Assembly: GCA_039621445.1 (NCBI GenBank)
Contig: CP154954.1
Span: 48,153,847-48,217,846, forward strand
Reading direction: 5' to 3'
Origin: Euglena gracilis
Lineage: Eukaryota
Length of the DNA stretch: 64,000 bases
A model generated the notes under the pieces. It saw only the letters and a program-made list of their open reading frames with translations, was not told where the DNA came from and did no database searches. Every line of letters begins with the position of its first letter. Positions within the stretch are counted from its first letter, which is position 1. A program made the position numbers and the translations under genes. Of the stretch, positions 1-12,010 are shown piece by piece.

Positions 1-886
1 TCTGTGCGGAAACCCGCGCAAACTAAAAACGAAGTAGGCGGATAACCGCGCACTGCCATCGTTCAATAACGACCCAAAATCCCCTCCCTCTCCCCCAAAC
101 CTGTTCATTAACAACTTCACGTGATGACCCACTTCTGGAGGTTTCAGCGTGTTCCCACTTCACGCTCCCACGTGTCATCCACAAACACGAACTGTTCTCT
201 TTCTCAAAAACTTCTGCGCGGGTTTCCGCCTGAGAGATCATCACTTCTGTACGCGGTAAACCGCCTACCCTCATTTTTACCTTTATTCCCAGTCCAGTCC
301 CCTCCATTAAGGCAACATCTCTTCATCACAAAAACTCATTTTGTGCGGTTTACCGCCTAAAACATCTCTTCCAAGAAATTATAGCATCTGTTGGGCAGCG
401 TTGTCTGTTCACCTTCCCCGTCACTGGACATCGGCACTCATGAGATGTCCAAAAATGCGCGGGTTGCTTAAGCGGTTGCCTCTTCTTCACCTGCCACACC
501 GTGTCACCCCCCCTCCAGAGGGGGGGTCCGACAGCAACGCCAAACAACCTGGGCTCCGGTGGCCAGGTGTTCTCCGGCTGTTTTCTGTTTTTCAAAATTT
601 CAGGGCGTTCCAGGGGGGTGTTTTCCAAAACCCCCCCTAAAACGACCATAAATTCTCAATATCGACACTTTGTCAAAATGCTTAAAATGGACCCTTAACG
701 ACCCAAATTTTCGTGCTGGTGCCATCCTCACAAAATTTCGAGCACATAACAGTGAGTTTCGTAAACGGAAACCCGCGCACCCCAAGCGTGCAAAAAATCG
801 CAAAAAATTTGGGCAATTCGCGCCGCCTAAGTGAAACACGCGCGCGCACACACACACCACACACACGCACGCACGCACGCACGCAC

Positions 887-917
<31 letters not shown>

Positions 918-1248
918 CCCACGCACGCGGCCCGAGGAGAATTCGCTGGAGGAGAAGGAAACAAAAGACCACACACAAAACACGCCAGAGCAACAGAGAG
1001 AGTCCAGCCCCACGCACGTGCTGAGGCCACCTCAACTCACACAACAGAGAACACGAGACACGCACACGCACACGCAGAAGAGCGAGGAGAGAGACTCCTA
1101 ATCTCACGCAGAGACACACTTCCCACTCATCAGCAGACGAGAGAGAGGAGAGAGCGAGACGAGAGACCCCCCGAGAGAGACGCATGAGAGATACAGAGAT
1201 GAAGGAGAGAGAGCGAGAGAGAGAGATAGAGAGAGAGGGAGAGAGAGA

Positions 1249-1252
<4 letters not shown>

Positions 1253-1318
<66 letters not shown>
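1253..1318. repeat. (GA)n microsatellite; (GCAC)n nearby at ~865-916
   Basis: Direct inspection. Confidence 0.95.
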
Positions 1319-1322
<4 letters not shown>

Positions 1323-1352
1323 GGAGAGGCAAGGCGAGGGGCGCTGTCGGAG

Positions 1353-3962
1353 ATGCAGGCCACTCAGGAGGAAGCCACAGGCAGACATCAGGAAGAGGGG
1401 CAGCGCTGGCACGCTGAACAGGAGCAGTGGGCACAGGAGCGCCGCTCGCTGGAGGAACGCCTGGCGGAGGAGGCGCACCACAGCGGGGAGCTGTTGGACG
1501 CCCTGGAGAGCCTGGCCGCCCAGTCCGCTCCCCCCAGGGCCCCGCCCCCACCCGCCAGAGCGGCGGCGGGCCCGAAGAGCGCCATCGTGCACTTGCGTGA
1601 AACCTTGGCAGCGCTCGCCCTGCCGTTATTCCAACTCGCACACACCCCGGTGTCACTCCCTCCGAGCCACCGGGTTGGTTCCTCCCGTCGTCGTACACAT
1701 CCGTGCCCACAGACAGGCCGGGGTTTGGCCCTGGACATCGGGGTGGCTGGGCCCTGCCATCACCGGGGGCCACGCCCCCGAGTCCCGCCGCCGCCGCCGC
1801 CGCCGGGCCGTCCTCCGGGGCCGCGTCTCCCTCGCGGGGCGGGGCGGCCGAGGAGTGGCGGGCCCAGCAGGAGGCGCTGCTGCAGCAGGTGCGGGACCTG
1901 GAGCGGGCGCTGGAGCGGACGTCGCTGCAGATGCTGGAGCTGAACCCGACGACGGAGCAGCAGGTGGGCCCCTCCCACTGCCCTGGCACCCCGGACGCAT
2001 TTGTCCGCGACGCACATCACACATCGCGCGCCGCGTTCGTACCCACCTGCCATGTTCCTTGGGTGAGATGTCACGGGAGGTTGGTCCGTGGGAGGTAGGT
2101 GCCGCGGCCGGCCGCGGCCGACCGTCGCCCAACCAAAACAGGATTTTGGTTGGGCCGCAGCCGGCCGCGGCCCAACCACGGCCAAATTTAGCTTTGTTTG
2201 GTTGGGCCGCGGCCCAACCAATTTTTTTTTGGTTGGACCGCGGCGGTCGCGGCCCAACCAAAAGCATTTTTTTGGTTGGGCCGCGGCCGGCCGCGGGCGA
2301 CCGCGGCCCAACCAAAATGATTTTTATGATTGGGTCGCGGTCGGCCGCGGCCGGCCGCGGCCCAACCTCCCATGACCGTCCGAGCACTGTTCTGCGAGCC
2401 ACTGATCCAAACTCCGTTCCCTCCGTCCTCCGCTATTCTGAGAATGCACTGTGATGGGGCTCTCGAACAAACAGGGGAAGAGAGGAAGACAATTCAGTTT
2501 GAACTCTTTTTCTTTCATTGGCACGATCTGGAAGACATGAATCTTTCACTGGCATGGTCCCCCCATGTGAATCAACCCTAGCTGGGCGACTCTTTGGGGT
2601 AGCTGGTACCCTGTAGGGGGGAATTTTCCACGCGTTTTAAAAGAAACATATTGTTTCTTATGCAGGAAACATATTTTTTCTTATGCATTCAGGTATCAGT
2701 TGCAAGTCTTTTTTTTTTGGAGTTTGTTAACATGGTTCATTGTTCTTGATTCTGCTTGTTTGTTTGTTTGTTTTCTGACGCAGGAATGCACTCTTTCATG
2801 AATATTTTTACTCAAAAATATTCCCATACCGAGAGAATTTCTGAGGTTATTAGAAGGAATAGGGTTAGGGTTAAGATTTCATCCCCCATGGTTGCAACCA
2901 TCCCGCTCATCGTTGCTATATTTCCCTCTACAGGGTACACAGCGAACCCAAAGAGTCGCCCAACTAGGGTTAATACACATGGTGGGACCCGAGCGAGGCG
3001 CCGAAGGCGCCGAGCGAGGGTCCCCCCATGTGTATTAACCCTAGTTGGGCGACTCTTTGGGGTAGCTGGTACCCTGTAGGGGGAAATTTTCCACGCGTTT
3101 TAAAAGAAACATATTTTTTTTGATGCAGGTTAGGGTTAGGGATAGGGACAGGGTTAGGGTTAGGGATAGAGTTAGGGTTAGGGTTAGCTTGTGGTTTGGC
3201 GTGGTGTTGCTTCTGTTTACACAATCCATTTCGCACTGCAGTCTGCTTCTGGATGCACCTCCCATAGTTGTTGCCTCTCATTTCTTGTTTGTTCATGCCT
3301 CAGTTATTCTGCATTCCTCTGTTTTAGTATGGTCTCCCAGTCAGTCAGTCACCATGAAAGTGCTGCTCGGACAGTCATGGAAGGTTGGGCCGCGGTCGGC
3401 CGCGGCCGACCGCGGCCCAACCATTTCTGTTTTTTTGGTTGGGTGACGGTCAACCGCGGTCGGCGGCGGCCCAACCAAAATTTTACCCAAGGTTGGGTCG
3501 CGGCCGACCGCGGCCCAACCAACTTCATTCTGGCTGGAGCTTGGTTGGGCCGCGGTCGGCGGCGCCCCAACCAAAAAAAAAATTGGTTGGGCCGCGGCCG
3601 GCCGCGGTCCAACCAAAACACAATTTAGGTTGGGGGGCGGGCGACCGCGGCTGGCGGCGGCCCAACGAACGGCCACCCAACCTCCCGTGAACATCCACCC
3701 ATGTTCCTTCCCCCCCCCCCCCATCACACGTGTGTCCGCACACACAGTTGATTCTCTTCTCAGGGTGTGAATGAACGCACGCCCCCCCCCCCCCCAACAC
3801 AAGATGTTGAACGACCACCGACGGGTGATGCAGCTCGAGGTGGAGACGGCGGAGCTGCGCAAGCAGCTGTCGATGGTGCGGGCCCAGCTGGCGGCGTACG
3901 AGCCGCCCGCCGCCCCGGTGGACACTCCCGTCCCCGCCCATCGCCCCTTCGGGCACTGGTGA
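1353..3962 (+). CDS. 3' part of an intron-containing gene encoding a coiled-coil protein of unknown function
   Basis: Exons ~1353-1643 (QEEATGRHQEEGQRWHAEQEQWAQERRSLEERLAEE...FQLAH), 1772-1963 (TPPSP...EEWRAQQEALLQQVRDLERALERTSLQMLELNPTTEQQ) and 3804-3962 (MLNDHRRVMQLEVETAELRKQL...FGHW*). They join in frame via a stem-type intron at 1644-1771 and a GT-AG intron at 1964-3803. GC3-rich codons and an E/Q/L/R heptad-like composition. The 5' end is unresolved in the GA-rich region. Confidence 0.7.
1644..1771 (+). other. Nonconventional (non-GT-AG) intron, CCG/CGG stem variant
   Basis: acc-CCGGTG ... CACCGG-gggcc; removal joins CAC|ACG in frame. Confidence 0.6.
2927..3078. mobile_element. ~150-bp hairpin MITE with a GGCGCCGAAGGCGCC centre
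   Basis: Near-perfect fold-back (CCAAAGAGTCGCCCAACTAGGGTTAATACACATGG and its reverse complement). A full second copy is at ~41888-42030 and a half copy at ~2570-2620. Confidence 0.8.
3128..3187 (+). repeat. Interstitial telomere-like (TTAGGG)n, degenerate
   Basis: About 10 units of TTAGGG/ATAGGG; shorter tracts at ~2860-2873 and (CCCTAA)n at ~35099-35127. Confidence 0.85.
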
Positions 3963-4040
3963 GGAGTGGGCGGTGGGAGAGAATCGGTGGCGTTGGCTTG
4001 GTTTCAAAAACTAAAAAAAAACAGAAACCCGGTGCGCGCG

Positions 4041-4155
<115 letters not shown>

Positions 4156-4701
4156 CACAACACAGTCTGCAGGCCTCACCCACCAACACAAACACGGGGC
4201 GAAACAGGGGGCGATGCCCATGCCGTGTCAGTCCCCTCGCGTCCCTCCACCCCGACGGCCCCCGCCGCCACCTCCGAGGCACGGAAGAAGGGCCTCCTCT
4301 CCCGCTTTGGCCTGCGGCGTGGCTCGAAGAAGGACAGCACCCCGTTACTGGTGCCTGGGGACGACCCGCCGGGGACCTGACCCCAGTCGCCTGGCGGCTG
4401 ACTAAACTTCCTTCCTTGGTGCGCTAACTGTTGGCGGCACTTACCCCCCCCCCCTTCGCCCCCCCCCCCCAGGTGGGGCCACCCTGCTCTCGCCACTCTC
4501 ACCACCCTGCAGTACTCTCGCCGATTGCCACACTGCACCAATGTACATAATAAGATCGTAGCTGCATCCCCTTGCAGCCACCGTAGAAAATTGGGCCCAT
4601 GTTAGGCAGGTTTCAAGTGTAAGTTTTGTTCTTCATTGCCGTTTTGTGCACTCTGGTTCTGGTCTTCATTTCCCAATTTGCTGGGATGCAAGGCAAACCT
4701 G

Positions 4702-4742
<41 letters not shown>

Positions 4743-6171
4743 ACCACTACTACTACTACCAGCAGTCCTACTGAATGCTGATGGGTGATTCGCTTTTGGT
4801 AACAGCTCCCTTACATTTTAGTATTTTCTCTCTTTTGTTTGTCTGCTTTTGTGGGCAGGGTTTTCTTAAGCCGGAGGGGACCTTACCCCCAGGTCAGGGG
4901 GGGGGGGCAGTCAGCACATTTTTTCCAGCCAGCACCTCTCAACCAGGCTGCAGACCCTGCCCCCCCTCCCCCTCATGGTTTCCTGAAATGTAGTTCGGTC
5001 CAGCCCGGCTTTGGACCGAAAAAAATGTTGGATGCAAAGCATTGAGAAATTTTCTAAAAAAGGGTCAAAAATGGCGAAAAATAAAATTCTTTGGGGTTAT
5101 TACACATTGGTCCTGCGGGAATGTGAAATTGCCGATGGGAAATGGCGGTTTCAAACCACCCCCCAGGACAGAAGCACTTCGTCTGGACAAGGACCCATCG
5201 GCCAATGGGCTGCGACAATTTTGGGGCCTCACATTCCCAAGACCAGGAGACTCTTTTTGTTCAGTAGCACCGGCAGAGGCAGCGTTTTTTGGAATCTTTT
5301 TTTGACCGATGTGCAATGTGACCGGAGTATTGTGCAGCACTCTGTGTCATACTCCGGTCATTGCACAGAGTCTGTACAATGACCAGAGTCAGCCATTGCA
5401 CCGACTCTGGTGTTGTTGACGCAATAGCGGGCGATGAGCACGTGTCGACCCCCGTATCGCAACTCCGCCTGTCCCTGCGGTATTGTATATTTGTATCTGT
5501 ATATATGTATATTATATATTTTATTATATATTTGTTTATATACATTTTACTTTTTTTTGCCTTTTCCGGGCGTCCGGTACAGTTGACTACCCTCCCTGAC
5601 TGGGGCCGCCCCGCTGCTCAGCGGGGTGCGGCGCCGTGCGCTGATGAAGCCGCATCGCAAGGCGGCGCGGCGCGAGGCCACCGCTTCGCCCCACTGCAGC
5701 CTCGACCCCCCGCCCGGGCCCCAGCCTCTGCCCTGGCCTCTGTCCTTGGTGGCTGCCTTCAAAGGGATTGTGTGTGTGTGTGTGTGTGTGTGTTTGGGGG
5801 GAGAGCACAGGACAGTCCTCAAATTAAGAAGGAGCCGGTGGGAATGCACGCCTAGACGATTGGCAAGAAACCAAGCCACCTTGCTCTCATTATTTCTCAC
5901 CAAAATCCCTTATCCAGACCAAGGTTCGTTGTAAATCAGGAGGAGGATTTCAGGGGGGGGATGTGCAGATGGTTCAAAAATTAAAACACATATGTAGGGG
6001 AAGATTTCAAATCAACAAAACAGGTGAACTGTAAAGCGCAGGCAGGGCGCGTCCAAGCGCCACGTAGACTCGTCATGCAGAGCCAAAATCAGTGCGGGCA
6101 CAAAATCATCCAAACGTGCGGCACTTCCCACTTACACTTCGCACGGAGGCACACAACAACGTGGCCACACT

Positions 6172-6372
6172 TGGATGCAGTGCTCCCGGAGGCGGCGGCG
6201 GGGCTCCTCGAACTCGCACATGATGCGGATGGACCGGGCATGCCGGCTGCTGAGGAAGTCGAGGTTCTTGTACGCCTTGATAGTGGGCGTGAACTTTGTC
6301 TCCTCCTGGGGGAGCCAGGTGGCAAATCGGTTGGAGGTCACGGAGGAGTGCTTGGCCACAGGGTGGCTCAGG
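6172..6372 (-). CDS. Exon of a LOG-family (lysine decarboxylase-like / nucleotide phosphoribohydrolase) protein; other exons not found
   Basis: Translation TIKAYKNLDFLSSRHARSIRIMCEFEEPRRRLREHCIQ resembles the N-terminal segment that precedes the 'xIxxFGSAR' motif in LOG-family proteins (recognised from memory, not searched). It ends at a GT donor (CAA|GTGTGG). Confidence 0.7.
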
Positions 6373-6917
6373 GGGGGGGGGGTTGTGGACGAAGGGCAGT
6401 GTCGGGATACCCAACCACCCACAACCACAAACCGTCCACCCAATCACCCACCCAAACCCATCCACCCACTCAGTCCCCCCCCCCCCAGCTACCACCCACC
6501 TACCCAGCTAGCCACCCACCCACCAACCCACCCACACACGCACACACCTTGGCATCGTATGGGCAGTGGTCCGTCTTCTGCCGCTTTGGGTCAGACATGT
6601 CTGTGGGCTGTGGTCAACCAGACCAAGGGGCAGGCCATGGGCAAAGTGCAAATCTCTGCATGTGCACCCCTCAAACGATGCTTCTTTTCGTTGCGCAAGT
6701 TCGAGATTGAGTTCAAGTTTGAGAACGAGAATCCCGAGTAATGTGACCAGAACAGACCCAAAAAGAAGCCTGGGTCTTTCCATTTTGGGGAGGTTTACAA
6801 TTATGGTTCTGCTTCATCTGCCTTTATCTGCCACGTTGAGCCACGGAGGGCAATCAATGAAATATAACACCAAAAATACAATATATGTACAAATATATGA
6901 ATAATATAAATATATAA

Positions 6918-7152
6918 ATGGCGGGGGTGAACTTGTGGCCCCCCCTACACCCCCCTTATTTGAAGGAGTAGGGTTAGGTGCGCACATGCTAATTTGCGCT
7001 AATTGGCTATGTTGCGCTAATTGGCTATGTTGCGCAACATGGCTACGTTGCGCAACGTAGCCAGGTAGCGCAAATTAGCATGTGCGCACCTAACCCTACT
7101 CCTTCAAATAAGGGGGGTGTAGGGGGGGGGCCCACAAGTTCACCCCCGCCAT
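6918..7152. mobile_element. Long hairpin MITE (~85-bp near-perfect arms)
   Basis: TGGCGGGGGTGAACTTGTGG...GCTAATTTGCGCTA is mirrored by TAGCGCAAATTAGC...CCACAAGTTCACCCCCGCCA; tandem GGCTATGTTGCGC core; AT-rich flanks. Confidence 0.8.
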
Positions 7153-8679
7153 ATAAATGTAACGTAACAAGCATCCCCCAAATAGAAGCCCCCCTCCCCT
7201 CCATCGGGTATCCCACCAAAATTCAAATAAGCCAAAAATTGAGAGAAAACTCGAAATATTTGCCGAAAGCAGGTGGACTTCGGGAAAAAAATTGTATCTG
7301 GCATCCTTGACCATCGCCCACCCACCCAAAACATGTGTTTTTCGGCCATTCGAGAAAATTTTTGAGCTTTTCCATTTTTTTTTTTGCACACGTGTGATGA
7401 TCACCCTTTTCACCTGAAATGTAGATATGCGCATTTGCATACAGGTGTGGGTCCCAGTGGAGGTGCACACATGCGAGAACCGCCCTTGCCAATCACACCG
7501 GCAAGCTAAATGGGGGCCTCACCCATCACTTTCTAAATCCAACACCCCCTGGTCCACAGGCGCATATGCGCGCGCCTCATGTCCCAGCGTTTTGCACTGA
7601 CGTTCAACATCGGGGCCTGGAGACACCACGGGACGGCTTGCACAAAGCACCGCAACCATCTCCTCACCCTGGCCATGCCCACAGGGCCGGAGGCTGCAAT
7701 CCTCTCTGGCAACAGCCCCAGATCGTGTGCAAATCCGCATGCTCGTTGTGTTCAAACAGGAAAATGTGCGCGTGTGGATTCTGGATTGGATCGAGGGATT
7801 GGCTGGAGGGGCACACTCGGCATATCCCACTTCAAACCAGCGGCTGGGGGTTTCCTCATCTGTCTTCGCAACCATGCGCAGATACACCTGTCAGCACGTG
7901 CCAGCGCCTGTACCACATTAGGGATCACGCATCTCCTCCCGCAATCAGGTGCACACGGCATCTCCCAGTGCTGTAGCACACCACCAGCCCCACTACCGCA
8001 CGCATGTCCAAAATAGCCCTTCCCAGCCATCCGTACACCCTCTCCTCTGAGGCCCCAAGGCTCCCATGCTCCAACCCAACGGGACCTTGCACAGCACACC
8101 CCACGTCTTGCACTGGTGCAGCGACACCAAAACCGGCCCGTTTTTGGAAACGAAAGCTTTCCCTCAGAGACCCCCAATCAGGCGCACATGCGCACGACCC
8201 CGGCTGCTGAAGACCCCTCTTCTGTGGTCAATGCATGGCCCTCAGCCACCGGGGTTTCAAAGCTGAGCCACAAATGATTTTCCAATTTCATTTTCGCTGG
8301 CCGACGTTTCAAAGACGAGCCATGAAAACCTTTTCAACGTGTCAAAACAATGTGTTCGGACCCCACTTCTCGAGGTTCAAACCCGGAGACATTCAAGCCA
8401 TGCTTGGGTTGCACGTCCGTAGGTTGCGGATGGTCGGAGTTTCAAACCTGGCAAACTGAATGTTGCAAATTTGCGCGCATTCGCCTGAATCGACCCTCCA
8501 GTAATTTGCGGCTGTTCAAGACGCTCAGGCACCCATAGTCACTTCCCATTTGGGTTCTCTGGCCCTGGTCGGCTCCGGTTGGCAAATAGTCGGCCATAGG
8601 AGGGGGGTTATGCCAATCAAAAAAAATAGGCACATACACAACACACAACCATGCAATGCTCTTTTATGAACTTTCACCC

Positions 8680-9420
8680 AGTTTTGGCCATTTTTGCCAA
8701 CTTTGGTCACACTTGGACACATTTGGGCGGCTTCTGGTCACTTTTGCCTGCTTTTGGCCGCTTTTGGCATTTTCCCCACTTTAGGCTGCCATAAGCCGTG
8801 TTTGGTTGCTTTGAAATACCTTTGAGTGCTCCTGGTTTTGTTTGTCGGCTTCTGACTTCTCTTGATTGCCTTTGGCCACTTTTAGTAAAATTTGGCTTTC
8901 TTTGCCCACTTTTGGCCATTTTAGGTTGCTTCTACTGCTTCATGGTCACTTTTGGTCACCGTTGATTGCTTTTGGCCACTTTTGGCTTTGTCTTTTTGGT
9001 CACTTTTACCCACTTTTTACCCACTTGAGGCTGCTTCTGCTGCTCTTTGGCCACTTTTGCCCACTTGAGGATACTTCTGCTGCTTTTTGCCCACTTGAGG
9101 CTTCTTCTGCTGCTTTTGGCCACCTCTGGCCACCTTTTGCCCACTTCAAGCTGCTTCTGTTGCTTTATGGCCACCTTTTGGTCACTATTGACCACTCGAG
9201 GCTGGTCTGACGACTGTTGCTAACCTTTGGTAACTTTCGACTGCTTTTTGTCACCTTTAACTGCTTTTTTTGGTCATTTTTGGTTACTTCTTTCTCCTCA
9301 GCCTGTGGAAGTGGACAAAAATGGGCAAAAATTGCCAAAAAGTAGTCAAAAGTGGGCAAAAGTGGTCAAAAGAGGGGGAATGGGCAATGGTGGCAAAAAT
9401 GGCCAAAAACTGCCGGCCAG
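8680..9420. repeat. Degenerate CCACTTTTG-type minisatellite
   Basis: Dozens of variants of (TG)(A/C/G)CCACTTTT(G), with a strand switch at ~9310. The same type occurs at ~62190-62695 and, inverted, at ~63060-63400. Confidence 0.8.
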
Positions 9421-10726
9421 GGAAAACCTTGTCCATCATTTGCCATGAGCATTATCGGCTGACAAAAGCAAAGTCAGCCCTGGTTGGCCCTGGTCGGCCC
9501 TGGTGGAACCCCCACCCACCTATGAGGGTCCTGAAAACCATAATCCATAATCGGCCTTGGTCGCTCCCGGTCGGCCCTGGTCAGCTCTGGTCTGCCGTTG
9601 GTGCCTGGACGCTGGGTGCCTGGACGCCAGGCCCTGTCCTTCATCGCTAGGCACTGCACTTTAACGCCACGATCTGCACTTATTTGCTCGGCCCTAGACT
9701 TTGTTTTTGTTGGGCATTACAAAAGGATAAATGCTGTAAAACATGCTGGAATTATCGCTTCAAAATGTGGGAATTTTGGGGGATTGACTTCGGGTGGGCA
9801 AATGAAACTTCTGGGACCTAAAACAAAATGTGCTTCTCAAAAACAACGTTGCCCTCTAAAACCACCCTGAGGGTCTTGAAATCACGCCCAAATACATATA
9901 CTAAACCCGGGTGGTCTGCCCTGTAGGTTCTATTTGGACTTGCGCTTCAAAATGCTCATGGTGTCACCTGGAGGGCTCCTTGGGCGTGCTGCCGCCTGTT
10001 GATGTCTGCCAGCCTGCCCAACGGAGGCTTCCCTGCCCCATCTCATCACTGGTGGACGCAGGCAAGAGCTCGAAGACGAAGGCGCTGGCGAGGACGTCGC
10101 GAGGCGGGGCCGACGGCCGTCGGGCCCCGGGGCCACCCAAGGTGACCCGCACAACAGAGGGGAGAGGGGGGCGTCGTGCGGGGCTGAGTGCCCAGCCTGC
10201 AGACAGCCACGGGGAAAGGAGAGGGGTGGCCGGGGGCAAGCACCTATAATTCAGCCCAAAAATTTCCCCATTTTAGGCCATTTTAGGCCATTTATGGCCA
10301 TTCTGGGCCATTTTAGGCCATTTTAAAGTATAGGTGGGGGTTCTGAAAATAATAAATTTGCGTCATTTTTGTCCCGAAAACTGCATCATAACGTGCGCAA
10401 ACCTTCTCTGGTTCAGTAATACAGTGAGCGGACAGGGTTATTGACACCATTTGGACAAAATTGCTGAAACTTTTGGACAAAATTATTGAAACTCAGAAAG
10501 AAATAAGCACATGGAAACTGAGGAAATCCTTAAACCTTGTATTGTGTTCAAAGTGTAATCCCACGCTTCACTAATTTGGACGCTTCACTTTGTTTGCAAA
10601 AGCAAAGTAACGTGGAAACAACCTTGTTCAGTTTGGTTTATCAGAAGAAACAACTCACACCGTCTAATTTCAGCGTAATGACAATCACACCATTCCTTCT
10701 TCAATGATATTTGATTTGTTTAGAAG

Positions 10727-11577
10727 CAGGGTTTCCCACAAATTCGTGCTAGGGACCCTCAATTCTGATTCGTGATTATTCGTGCTACCCAAAAATCGCC
10801 CGTTTTTTTTTTAACTTAACCTGCCCAGAAAACCAATGCACACTCCTCATCCAATTGTGTATCACCTCCAACGGCAGAAATATCAAAAACGAAACTCTAT
10901 GACCACCGAAATTGGACAACAATATTGAACATAAAACAAAGCTGCAGACAGAAAGTGACAATGACAATAACAAGTGAAAATGACGTTGTTGCTGACGCGT
11001 GTGGTGTTGCATTGTGCAGTGTTTTGTTGCACGGTGTGCTGTCCATGGGCAGAAAGGGTCAGATGACATGTCGAACAAAGAAGTGCTGCTCAACATCACC
11101 ATTGCAGAGCATCATGACAGCGGCTTGATGCAATGTCTTCCACCCACTTCGGTTTGAAAGCTTGGAACATTGCCCAACCCACTAACACAATCACAAAAGT
11201 CAAAAATGAAACAAAATGCACCACATCTCCATGCCTCTGGTTTCCATAACGTCGCGGAACTATGAGGTGAAATGAAGCAAAGAGATGAAACAATAGAGTT
11301 GGGGATGGCACTGAGCAGCACGCTTCTGGGCCGTCGGCATATTTCCACCCCATTTCCGTGTTCGTTTCCCTTTTAAAGAGAATTGCTCCTTGATTGAGGC
11401 GTCATTCTCAGAAGAAGACATTCTGCAGTGAGAACAAAAACTGTTCCAGGTCGTTTGTGGAAATTTGTGCTTATTCATGATTATTCGTGATTATTCGTGA
11501 TTTTGGAAAATCCCCAAATTCGTGCTGGTTCGTGATTATTCGTGATGATTTGTGGCACGAATTTGTGGGAAACCCTG
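10727..11577. mobile_element. Non-autonomous hAT-like element with 23-bp TIRs
   Basis: CAGGGTTTCCCACAAATTCGTGC ... GCACGAATTTGTGGGAAACCCTG, with subterminal ATTCGTG repeats at both ends and an imperfect flanking duplication (TTAGAAG/TTAGAAA). Confidence 0.75.
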
Positions 11578-11887
11578 TTAGAAATCAAGTGCGGCGAGTC
11601 GATAACACTTTTTTGTTCATCATAATTTGGAAATCCAAGGATGTTGTTTAAAACGTTTAATTGCCTTCAAAACATCGGAAACTCTCAAAAAAAACCAACA
11701 AAAAGAACTTTAGTTATGTTTTTTTTTGTTGCCATCCTTGTCTTTTTGCACAAAATCCACCCGTTCCTCCTCCACCAAATCCACTGTTCACCGTCCTCAT
11801 TAACAAAAGACACCGAAAGTCATAACCTGAGTGGCTTCAACTGTTCACAAAAAAAATTGAAACAGAATCATGCAACTGAATTTCTCC

Positions 11888-12010
11888 CATTTTAGGCCAT
11901 TTTAGGCCATTTTAGGCCATTTTAGGCCATTTTAGGCCATTTTAGGGACCCCCACCTATAGAGGGTCAAAAAGTCATTTTGGGCCATTTTGGCCATTTTA
12001 GGCCATTTTT
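11888..12010. repeat. 10-bp tandem repeat (TTTTAGGCCA)n
   Basis: At least five exact units; a sister array at ~10268-10325. Confidence 0.9.

Larger units (their letters stand above)
2067..3695. mobile_element. Foldback-like element: ~320-bp inverted arms built from GGTTGGGCCGCGGCC..CCGCGGCCCAACC palindromic units
   Basis: Arms ~2067-2390 and ~3360-3695 are inverted copies (TCACGGGAGGTTGG / CCAACCTCCCGTGA). It lies inside a GT-AG intron. A fragment also occurs at ~34740-34830. Confidence 0.7.

Noticed and set aside
2097-2370. Regularly spaced palindromic repeats resembling a CRISPR or REP array
   Set aside because: Spacers are short A/T runs rather than unique 30-40 nt sequences, there are no cas genes, the context is a eukaryotic intron, and the array forms one arm of a foldback element.
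682-2454. Long ORFs of 435 aa (-) and 378 aa (+)
   Set aside because: They are antisense or off-frame shadows of GC-rich exons plus dinucleotide repeats.
3128-3187. TTAGGG tract as a true telomere
   Set aside because: It is short, degenerate, internal and located inside an intron.
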